DNA from: Guillardia theta CCMP2712
Lineage: Eukaryota > Protista > Cryptophyta
Direction: 5' to 3'
NCBI RefSeq assembly: GCF_000315625.1
Contig: NW_005434535.1
Coordinates: 107,456-154,338 of the forward strand
DNA length: 46,883 bases
The notes below the pieces were generated by a model. That model searched no databases, was not told where the DNA came from, and was given only the letters and a program-made list of their open reading frames with translations. The translations under genes and the position numbers were made by a program. Below are positions 37,806 to 46,883 of this stretch, piece by piece. Position 1 is the stretch's first letter, and each line of letters begins with the position of its first letter.

Positions 37806-39371
37806 TCAGAAAACCACCTTTGCTCTTGCCTGCGCCATCTCCCGCTGGGCCTCTACTACATCGACGTCGCAGTTTGCCTCGTACACAGACTCGAAGCTCA
37901 TCGTGTTCTGGTCGAGCTTCACCTTCCAGGCCTTCCCGCCATCGACGTCTAGCCTGCTCCTTAGGACGATCTTTTCCTTGCCGGGGATGAACACGTCGGC
38001 CCGCACTTCGCCATCCTCCATGACGATGCCTTCCTCCGAGTCGTCCACGACATTGTAAAGGATGCAGTTCTTGCCAACGATCTTCTTGGCGACGACGTTG
38101 ACCAGGATTGAGTCGCTGACCTTGACGTCGACTGCGGTCACCCGCGAGCACACACTCGACTCGATCTTCCCGCTCTTGATGTCCGATGCGAGGATGACGG
38201 AGGAGGCGTCAGCGTAGCTCTCTGCTCCCGAGCTCTCCTGGAGGCGATTGTGGATCTGAAGAAACTCCCGCAAGGCCTTGGCCTCCTCAGAGTCCTTGGT
38301 CACGAGCAGACTATTCTTCTGGAACAGTTTCAGCTGCCCATAGTCCCACCAGTAGCAGTTATTGCCCACGTTGATGCATCCAAGGATGGCCGAGCAGTTG
38401 TTTTGCTGCATGAAACGCTCCTTGAAGCTCTTCATCCTCTTGTAGTGGCCCCGTGCTGTCGCGTCAGTCTCGCCCTTCTCCATCATAACGGAGACGTAAG
38501 TATCTTCCTCCAGCGTCAGGGGCATCCAGAAGTGAGGGTCCGAGTCGAACTTCGCTTGCTTTCCCTTGAGCTCTTGCTCAAACTCCTTCATCAGCTCGAA
38601 CAGCAAGCTCGCGCTCACGCTGAAGGAGCCAAGGCTGGGACCCACCTGCTTGATCTCTCCGAACTTGGCGAGGAGCTCGTTGGCGGTCTTGTACGAGACT
38701 TTCTCGACCTGCGCAGCATCGTCGTTGGCGTTGACTGCGATCAGTCCATACTTGTCCAGACCCTTCTGAGTCCATTCCTCCTCTGAGGGCATGGGGCCCA
38801 GCGACGCCAGGATGTCGGCATGGTGAGATCCGCTTGGGAGGATGCCGGCCGAGGGTACGAAGACCTGGTCTCCCCAGAAGACAGAACACCTTCCCTTCCT
38901 GACAGGAGCGTAAGCGTTGGTCTGACGGATGACAGCCTCGAGGATGGTGAGCTCCTTGAAGCCATCCTCTCCTGGGAGCAGCGAAGGAAGCTTCACTCCT
39001 GGCTTGTTGTTGTTCTCGCTACCTGGCAGAGGGGCCAGCCTGGTGCCCTTCCCAGCTGTGTGGAAGATGGCTGCAGCCCAGCCTGACTTAAGCTTGTCGT
39101 CAAGATCAACACCAAAGAGAGTCTTCGCCTTGTCGCGTGCCTTGCTGTACGCATACAGCGATCCCAAGCCGTTGCCTGCTCCCGAGCTTGCCCAATCCTC
39201 GTGCACAGCGACAAAGAGCGAGGAAGAGCTAGGGGCAGGGGCAGAGGAAGGAGGAGGAAAGAGGGAGGAGGGAGGAAGGAAGGCAGAGGAGGAGGAGGAG
39301 GAGAGGCGCGTCTGCCATAGCTCCTCCTGCGTCGCCGTCGCCGCGCATATGATCACGACGTCGAACACCAT
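37806..39371 (-). CDS. Intronless 521-aa putative sugar-1-phosphate nucleotidyltransferase (GT-A fold plus C-terminal beta-helix-like region)
   Basis: Single uninterrupted ORF from MVFDVVII. Motifs GAGNGLGSLYAY, HTAGKGTRLAPL...NNKPGVKLP, VFWGDQ and YWWDYGQL, with a hexapeptide-like tail IESSVCSRVTAVDVKVSDSILVNV...NCILYNV. Confidence 0.8.
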   Translation of the reverse strand: MVFDVVIICAATATQEELWQTRLSSSSSSAFLPPSSLFPPPSSAPAPSSSSLFVAVHEDWASSGAGNGLGSLYAYSKARDKAKTLFGVDLDDKLKSGWAAAIFHTAGKGTRLAPLPGSENNNKPGVKLPSLLPGEDGFKELTILEAVIRQTNAYAPVRKGRCSVFWGDQVFVPSAGILPSGSHHADILASLGPMPSEEEWTQKGLDKYGLIAVNANDDAAQVEKVSYKTANELLAKFGEIKQVGPSLGSFSVSASLLFELMKEFEQELKGKQAKFDSDPHFWMPLTLEEDTYVSVMMEKGETDATARGHYKRMKSFKERFMQQNNCSAILGCINVGNNCYWWDYGQLKLFQKNSLLVTKDSEEAKALREFLQIHNRLQESSGAESYADASSVILASDIKSGKIESSVCSRVTAVDVKVSDSILVNVVAKKIVGKNCILYNVVDDSEEGIVMEDGEVRADVFIPGKEKIVLRSRLDVDGGKAWKVKLDQNTMSFESVYEANCDVDVVEAQREMAQARAKVVF

Positions 39372-39744
39372 GGCGGGAAGATAAAAGGCAGAGTTAGGTG
39401 GGGTGATACTTGGGACATAGGGTGGTGACGTGGAGCGCATAGGGGTAGGGGTGCAGACCTCAGAAAAAGGTGGGTGAGGAAAGGGATATAGGGGGGTGGG
39501 GTTGTTCTAAAGGACAGATCGAACCGTATCAGGTGGGGGTAGGGTGAGGCAACAGATCCCACAACGTCGATTTTCAACATGGGGTGGGGGTAGAGAGAGG
39601 ATAAAGTACCCCTCGATTACTGAGTCAGAATGCTATTCAGAAGGGGGTGGGGGTGATGTCCTGCAGGGGATCATCCTGCAAAAATCTTTACTCAAAGTTA
39701 AATCCTGGATTTTGTTCTGCAATCTAGGTGGGATCAGCATGTGC

Positions 39745-40045
39745 GGTCACCGTCACTCAGTGACTCAGGGCCGGCGGACCCGCCGGGCCCGGCCCGCCCG
39801 GCAGCCTGCCAGGCCGCACAGACCCACCGGGTCCCTGAAAGTTTCGACCGTGTTTGCCGTTCGGAGGCTTCCGAAGCCTGAGCCTTAAACGGTTCAACCG
39901 TGACCTACTAAGTCTGGGTGACTCAGCCTGGCATCGGAACTCTTAGTACTCAAAGAACGGAACCGTACGGCCCAGTGGTGGTCGCCGTCACCGGAGTTCG
40001 GGTTCAAGTTCCTCGGGCCCCGAACTCCGGGAGTCCCGGACCGAT
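39745..40045. promoter_or_regulatory. Third CpG-rich GTGACTCAG/CCGGGCC island, between divergent genes
   Basis: Contains cgtcactcagtgactcagggccggcggacccgccgggcccggcccg, gtgactcag and ccgtacgg. Confidence 0.5.
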
Positions 40046-40187
40046 CATGGCGAGCAACATCGCCCCGCGGGTTCTACTATATTACTAGGCTCGCCTCAGG
40101 ATTTGAAATAGTGAGAGCAAGAAGACAGCAAGGCAGGAGAGGAGGCAGCAGCGAGACTGAGAGGAGGCCCTATACCCGTGCCAGGAG

Positions 40188-41590
40188 ATGGAGGCGGAGA
40201 TGGAGGCGGAGATGAAGAAGCTGCGGGTGAAGGGAAGCATGACCTTCGGGGAAGTGATGGCGCAGGTGAGCGGCTGCCATGGCGGAGAGTGAAGAGCAGG
40301 GAGGGAGGTTGTGATAGGAGAGGAACATTTGTATACGATAGTAGTCAAGGGGATGCTTGTTCGGCGATCTTGAGTCAGGAAGCTGTGGGTTGGAACTAGG
40401 AAGGAGAGCAAGAGCAGAGGATCGCTGAGACTTCCAACAACGATTGACCATACCTGGTGACAGGGAGAGTTCGGCGTTATCATCAAGGGGTTTTACATGG
40501 GGAGGCCGGTGGCGATCAAGCAGATTCTGCTGCATGTGAGGGAGGGGAGTGGTTCTTAGAGCAGAGAGGTGAAGGTGCAAGCAGGAGAAGTCGAGACATA
40601 CGTTGCAGATGCTGCACGACGAGGTGAAGATCCTCAGCAAAGTGAAGCATGCCAACATCGTAGAGTTCCTGGGTGAGTGAATGCCTCTTGCTTGTCTCAA
40701 CATGGTTTCTTGATTCCTGTCTATCTCAAATTGATTGCTTTTCGATTCATCTGAACCTGATTTCTTGATAACAATACCAACTAGATTCACTTCATGCCAT
40801 GCTTGTCTTACTTCTTACAGGTGTCCTCTCGGATTTCCCCATGAAGAGCAATGGGAGGTCAGATAACTGTCGCCCATCTAACTTGCTCCTTACCCATGAC
40901 TCCCTTCATCATCCTGCAGGTTCTTCCCATACGCACTCATGTTCGAACTCTGCGATGAATCGCTGTGGGTCCGGCTGCATCGCAAGAGACACAGATATGA
41001 CATGAGAGAGAAGCTGAGGTGCTCCTCGCCCTCCTTCATGGCGGCGGCTGGTCTGAACTCGCATGCAGAATCATCTCTGAGATATCAGCTGCTGTTAGCC
41101 ATCTCCACAAGAAGCACATCGTGCATCAAGATCTAAGCAGCTCCAACGTCCTCCTGTCCTTCTCCGGCACAGTCAAACTTTCAGACTTCGGGTTTGCTCG
41201 TGAATGTAAGAACGGTTCTCACGAGAACGAGTACATTGTGGGGTCGCCGTCCTACATGAGCCCGGAGCAGGTTAGTCGCTCACCTTTCGCACAGCTGCGA
41301 GGTTGACGGTGCTGCTGTGAAGCTGCTGGGGAAGCCCGTGACCACCAAGTCCGACGTCTGGGCGCTGGGATGCTTAACGTGGGAGGTCGTGTCAGGAAAG
41401 TTCCCGTGGAACGAGAGGAACGTGAACGATCGGAGAGGTAAAGGAGGGGAACCTTTGTTTCGCTCCCCCTAAGCACATGGACCAGGCCTAGCTCAGCACA
41501 TCGCGCTGTCAGGGGGCGGCTGCCTCCCCTCCAGTTGGATCCATCGTTTGTAGAGGAGGAAGAAGAATTGAATTTGTTGTTGAGGTAGCT

Positions 41591-41626
<36 letters not shown>

Positions 41627-42170
41627 CCTCTTTCTGTCTCTTCTCCCCTCCTGCCTCTCGTCCTCGACCTTTCCCTGCTCCTCCTCTGATGCTTCCAACA
41701 GAGACAGCTTCCGTGATGACCCAGGGCTGCGTTTGTCTTCATCGCAATTCCACAAGAGGGTCAAAGGTATGCCTGCAGAGACAAGAAGGTTTTCATCGGA
41801 GCTGACAGATAACTGTTCTTATCAGCGATCTGCGAGCATGCGAGGAAGAGGGAAAAGGATGTTGCTGTCGAAAAGAAGATGGATGTAGACACTTTGAGGA
41901 CCTGGCTGCACTCTTTCTATGAGACGGTTTGTTCAGACGTCGAGCAAGAATGAAACTGATGCATGTGATTGTAGTACAACAAGGAGAAGCTCGAGGACGT
42001 CCCATACATTGCAAAGTTCCACCAAGGTGAGTTCCAGATGACTGGTCACTGTTTGGACAAATGTGAAAGAATCATTTGAAATTGTCACAGACAAAATTGA
42101 AGAGCTAAACAAGAAACTGCGATTGCAATACTCAACAGACCTGTTTGAATTCATCAAAGCCCGAGAGAGG
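40188..42170 (+). CDS. Tyrosine-kinase-like (TKL) Ser/Thr protein kinase, multi-exon
   Basis: AQ|GEFGVI, VAIK, EVKILSKVKHANIVEFLG, HQDLSSSNVLL, KLSDFGFAR, GSPSYMSPE and KSDVWALG. 3' end uncertain. Confidence 0.9.
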
Positions 42171-42404
42171 AGGTGGTGGTTGAGGTGGTGGTGGTGGTGG
42201 TGGTGGTTGAGGAAGAGGAGGTGGTGGTGGTTGAGGAGGAGGAGGTGGTGGTGGTTGAGGAGGAGGAGGAGGAGGAGGCGGTGGAGGAGGAGGAGGAGGA
42301 AGAGGTGGTAAAGGCAGTGGTGGAGGAGGAGGAGGTGGAGGAGAACGTGGTGGTGGAGGAGGAGGTGGTGCAGGAGGGGGAGGGGGAGGAGGAGGGTGTG
42401 CATG

Positions 42405-42727
42405 TCTTATCGTTGTTCTGATGACTTACCCGACAACAAATGCATCTCCACTTCGACTGTCAGGGTTCTGAATGACTATCATGTTGAGGCTTGAGTCTAG
42501 CGGGGAAAGTGAGATTCAATGCAGAGACAAAGTACGGACAAGCTTCACCAAGAGGAACTGTTGTTGGAGTGATGTGGTTGCAAAGGGCGCATTTCACAGA
42601 TTCAGCTGTGCGAGGATACCTGTAGATATTTCATCAGCATCTCAATCATCATCATCTCAATCATCATCATCATCATCATCTGCGACATCTCCATCTTAAT
42701 CATGATCGTGATCATCATCATTACCAT

Positions 42728-42759
<32 letters not shown>

Positions 42760-43256
42760 CCACCACCACCACCACCACCACCACCACCACCACCACCATC
42801 TAAATCACAACCATCACCATCACCATCATCATCATTCATCAACGTTATCTCCATCATCGATCATCTCACATCAATTGCGTCTTGCATCCTCCGCATGAAA
42901 TGTGAGCCATGTAGCCTGCATCGCCAGAGGAGCTCGCCATGGATCCTACACAGATTATGAGCAAGGGAGGCAGGAGACAGGTCATGGTCAGAACCGAACT
43001 GAGTGACTGCCCCGCACATGGCGCACTCTACCGATGGAGAGCCAGGAGGATACATCAGCGTCACCCCACACCCTGAGCACCTTCCTTGCGATGTCACTGC
43101 TCCACACCTCGCGCATTCCACTGCGCTGGATCCTGTCATGCCCGGTCAGCCAACTCCGACGTGTAGAAGAAGGCGGCTACCTGACGGGAACATAAGGAGG
43201 ACGGAACAACCGCTGCAGTGTCCCTGATAGAGTCTGCTGGGTCCTTGAGACTCCAT
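42405..43256 (-). CDS. LSD1/LOL1-type zinc-finger protein (3 zf-LSD1 repeats)
   Basis: CSGCSVLLMFPS|GSSAVECARC, CSGCGVTLMYPPGSPSVECAMC and CGGCKTQLM|YPRTAESVKCALC. C-terminal NPDSRSGDAFVVG resembles the plant LSD1 tail. Confidence 0.85.
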
Positions 43257-43815
43257 TGCCAATGATGTCGCAGATGGTGTGCTACTCTCAACTCTCAACC
43301 TGATGTTTGGGTATGAGCAGCTATCGTCAAAACGATTGGGAACGAAAAAAACATCTCCAGTCAGTCACTCCATTCCAATCCTCTTTCTCACGGACATGTC
43401 GAAAGTACATCATCTTCCCCTTCCATCTCACCATCCCCCTCCCCTCCCCATCCCCTCATCTCGACATAACTCCTCACATCTTCCTGCCTCTCCCTTCACC
43501 TGCTCAGCTACACATTTCACAATCGTCGATTTGATCTGTTTTGACCCCATCGCAACCTTACCTTCTCTCCTCCTACTCCTCATTTCTTCCCATCTATGTG
43601 TCATCCATACCAATCTTTCCATCATCTCATCTCCCACCTCTCTTCCCTCTCTCCCTCCCTCCCCTCTCCTCCTCCTCCTCCTCCATCCCTGCCATACTGG
43701 CTTTCTTTTGCCCCACCCCTCCCCTTTGATGTACCCCCTTATAAAGACCACAAAGTACCCCTCCTTTTATACCGTATCATCCCCCTCATTCTTACCTCGC
43801 CTCGGTCTGGATCGC

Positions 43816-46800
43816 ATGCACACGATGCAGCAGCAGCGTCGCCTCCTCCGGTCGATGGCGGCGGCGTCAGGCGCCTCCTCTCGCATCACCCTCCGCTCCA
43901 TGGCGACTCTCTCCCTCCCTCAGCCCCCGTGCTCTCCCCTCCCCCGCTCCTCTCCCTCCTTCCCGCTGCCTCGTGCCCGTTCGTCGTTGTGGAGCAAGCA
44001 GGGGAGGTGTATGATCATCCTCCCAGAAAAGAAGAAGAGAGGAGGAGGAGCGTATGTGGAGGCTCCCTACGAGATCGCTGAACCTACCAAGGAGTCCGAG
44101 AAGTTCGCTCAGAAGTGTGGAGAGAAGAAGGTCAAGAAGCTGAGCCAGCCAGGCAGCAACTTCGCGTTCTTGAACAGACCTAAGGCGAACCATGCGCTGG
44201 ACTTGAGCATGATCCGCGAACTGTGAGGAACCTTGATAGCAAGTTTTCAGTTCCTCACTGTTTGTTCCGTCTTCTTTTGTCTCCTCCCCTCCTCCTCCTT
44301 TCTCCATTCACCTTCCCGCTCGCCCCTCTCCCCCTTGCTATCACAGGAAGAAAATCTACCTCGAGACGAAGCTCAGCCCGACCATCGATCTCGTCATGGT
44401 CACTGGAGGCAACGAGACAGCCTTCTGTGCGGGAGGTGAGTGAGGAGGAGAGGAGAACGTCGTTTGTTCTGACCCACGAGCAGGAGACGTCAAAGCTCTA
44501 GCGCAGCAGGGTATTCAGCCTATGGGGAACAAGGCCCCGCAGATGAAGTTCTTTAAGTAGGAGGAGGAGGAGGGGAGGGAGGGAGGAGGGGGGGGGGAGG
44601 AGGGAGGAGAATTCAGTTGCTGATCTGATGGGCAGAGAGGAGTACAAGTTGAATTACCTGATTGCAAACATGGCACCCAAGATCTCAGTCGCCTACGTCG
44701 ATGGCTGGGTAAGTTGCCCAAATGAAAAGTTTCGAAAGTTGATGATGATCATCAAACTTTTCCTTCTGCTCTCCACTTGTTCACATTATTCCTCCGTCCC
44801 CGCGTTCTCTACCTCTTTCCTTCTCCTCTCCTGATTCTTCTATTCTCCTCCTCTCTTTCTTATCTCTCTTTCTACCCGATCTCCTCGGCCTCTTTCTCCC
44901 TTGTCCTCTTACCGGCTGTCTGCAGTGCATGGGCGGAGGAGTGGGCATCTCCATTCACAATCAGTACCGTTTGTGCGGGGAAGATGTTATCTGGGCAATG
45001 CCGGAGACAGGTGAGGAGGAGGAGGAGGAGGAGGAGGAGGAGGAAGAGAGGATGAGGCAGGAAGGAAGGAGATGAGTTTTAGGAAGGAGGATACGAAAGG
45101 AGGGGAGGAGAGGGAGAGCAGGAGGAGATAAGGACGAGAGAAGCAGAAACAGGAAGAGGACTTGGAGGGAGAGGTTGAAGTGGAGCTTTCCGAGAGGGAG
45201 AGCAGGAGCAGGAGCAGGAGGAGTGGGGATGGGGGCTGACAATTGAACAGCGCTTGGATTCTTTCCTGATGTCGGAGGGTCATGGTTCCTCCGAGGTTGA
45301 AGCAAAATGTAAAGTATGAGCACCTGCTTGATAGACCGTCTNNNNNNNNNNNNNNNNNNNNNNNNNNNNNNNNNNNNNNNNNNNNNNNNNNNNNNNNNNN
45401 NNNNNNNNNNNNNNNNNNNNNNNNNNNNNNNNNNNNNNNNNNNNNNNNNNNNNNNNNNNNNNNNNNNNNNNNNNNNNNNNNNNNNNNNNNNNNNNNNNNN
45501 NNNNNNNNNNNNNNNNNNNNNNNNNNNNNNNNNNNNNNNNNNNNNNNNNNNNNNNNNNNNNNNNNNNNNNNNNNNNNNNNNNNNNNNNNNNNNNNNNNNN
45601 NNNNNNNNNNNNNNNNNNNNNNNNNNNNNNNNNNNNNNNNNNNNNNNNNNNNNNNNNNNNNNNNNNNNNNNNNNNNNNNNNNNNNNNNNNNNNNNNNNNN
45701 NNNNNNNNNNNNNNNNNNNNNNNNNNNNNNNNNNNNNNNNNNNNNNNNNNNNNNNNNNNNNNNNNNNNNNNNNNNNNNNNNNNNNNNNNNNNNNNNNNNN
45801 NNNNNNNNNNNNNNNNNNNNNNNNNNNNNNNNNNNNNNNNNNNNNNNNNNNNNNNNNNNNNNNNNNNNNNNNNNNNNNNNNNNNNNNNNNNNNNNNNNNN
45901 NNNNNNNNNNNNNNNNNNNNNNNNNNNNNNNNNNNNNNNNNNNNNNNNNNNNNNNNNNNNNNNNNNNNNNNNNNNNNNNNNNNNNNNNNNNNNNNNNNNN
46001 NNNNNNNNNNNNNNNNNNNNNNNNNNNNNNNNNNNNNNNNNNNNNNNNNNNNNNNNNNNNNNNNNNNNNNNNNNNNNNNNNNNNNNNNNNNNNNNNNNNN
46101 NNNNNNNNCCCTGAACCCTTCGCGGTGTAGGATGAGGCCGGAGTCCATCACGATGAGAAGGGTCCTTAGGAGGTCGCGGATGGGACGAGGAGGTGGAGCA
46201 AGAGGAGGAGGAGAGTGCGGAGGAGGAGGAGGAGGAGGGAAGAGATAAGGACGAGAAGGGTGACTAGGAGGACGAGGATGGGACGAGGAGGAGGAGCAAG
46301 AGGAGGAGGAGAGTGCGGAGGAGGAGGAGGAGGAGGGAAGAGATAAGGACGAGAAGGGTGACTAGGAGGACGAGGATGGGACGAGGAGGAGGAGCAAGAG
46401 GAGGAGGAGAGTGCGGAGGAGGAGGAGGAGGAGGGAAGAGATAAGGACGAGAAGGGTGACTAGGAGGACGAGGATGGGACGAGGAGGAGGAGCAAGAGGA
46501 GGAGGAGGAGGAGGAGCCGGAAGAGGGAGAGCATTCACTTGTTCCTTGCAGGTCATCGAGAAAATCTTCGGGATGAACAAGATCGACGATATCAAATCAG
46601 CGCTAGAGGATGTTCGAGGTCGAGCAGCAGCTGCTGTAAAAGAGACCTGACGGGACCCCCGCAGGGTCCGGCAACGAGCACGCGGCCTGGGCTGAAGAGA
46701 CGCTGACGCTACTGAAGGCTGCCTCGCCGACCTCGTTGGATGTGGTGAGAGAGGAGGAGAAAGGAGTCAGAGGAAGGGGGGAGGAAGGGGGGAGGGAGGA

Positions 46801-46883
46801 GCAGGAGCAGGAGTCTCATTGAGTTGTCTGACTGAGATCTTGCAGACCCTGGAGCAGATGAAGAGGGGACTGGCTTGCGAGGT
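43816..46883 (+). CDS. HIBCH: 3-hydroxyisobutyryl-CoA hydrolase-like (crotonase family), mitochondrial-type leader, partial
   Basis: R/S-rich leader, then LNRPKANHALDLSMIREL, AFCAGGDVKAL, EEYKLNYLI, MGGGVGISIH, AMPET|ALGFFPDVGGSWFL and WAEETLTLLKAASPTSL. Spans a gap and runs off the window. Confidence 0.9.
46157..46515 (+). repeat. Intronic minisatellite, unit about 98 bp, about 3.5 copies
   Basis: TGACTAGGAGGACGAGGATGGGACG recurs at 46261, 46359 and 46457, with a degenerate first copy near 46160. Confidence 0.85.

Noticed and set aside
46157-46515. CRISPR-like array
   Set aside because: Whole units repeat with no unique spacers; eukaryotic intron, no cas genes.

Overview
Gene-dense, intron-rich eukaryotic nuclear DNA from a draft assembly with six N-gaps. 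It most likely comes from a cryptophyte or related red-lineage alga; this is inferred from an ASAFAP-targeted Lhcr-type antenna gene, short introns with CTGAC branch points and a cryptophyte-style HTH family. Manual splicing supports about 20 genes. Well-recognised: GT61 glycosyltransferase, centromeric histone CENH3, LanC-like protein, LHC antenna protein, ZNF706-like protein, EF-hand protein, NDPK, Methyltransf_32-type SAM methyltransferase, RsuA-type pseudouridine synthase, MSI1/RbAp48, TKL kinase, LSD1-type zinc-finger protein and HIBCH. Most notable: (1) an intronless 521-aa sugar-nucleotidyltransferase-like gene in an otherwise intron-riddled region; (2) a convergent pair of bacterial-looking genes (RsuA-type plus methyltransferase); (3) an 87-aa orphan gene absent from the ORF track, head-to-head with the LHC gene; (4) two distinct classes of intergenic or promoter sequence, namely CpG-rich GTGACTCAG/CCGGGCC islands and TACCCC/CCACCC tracts. 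Most long low-complexity ORFs in the track are intronic microsatellite artefacts. Exon boundaries were read by eye and are approximate unless stated.
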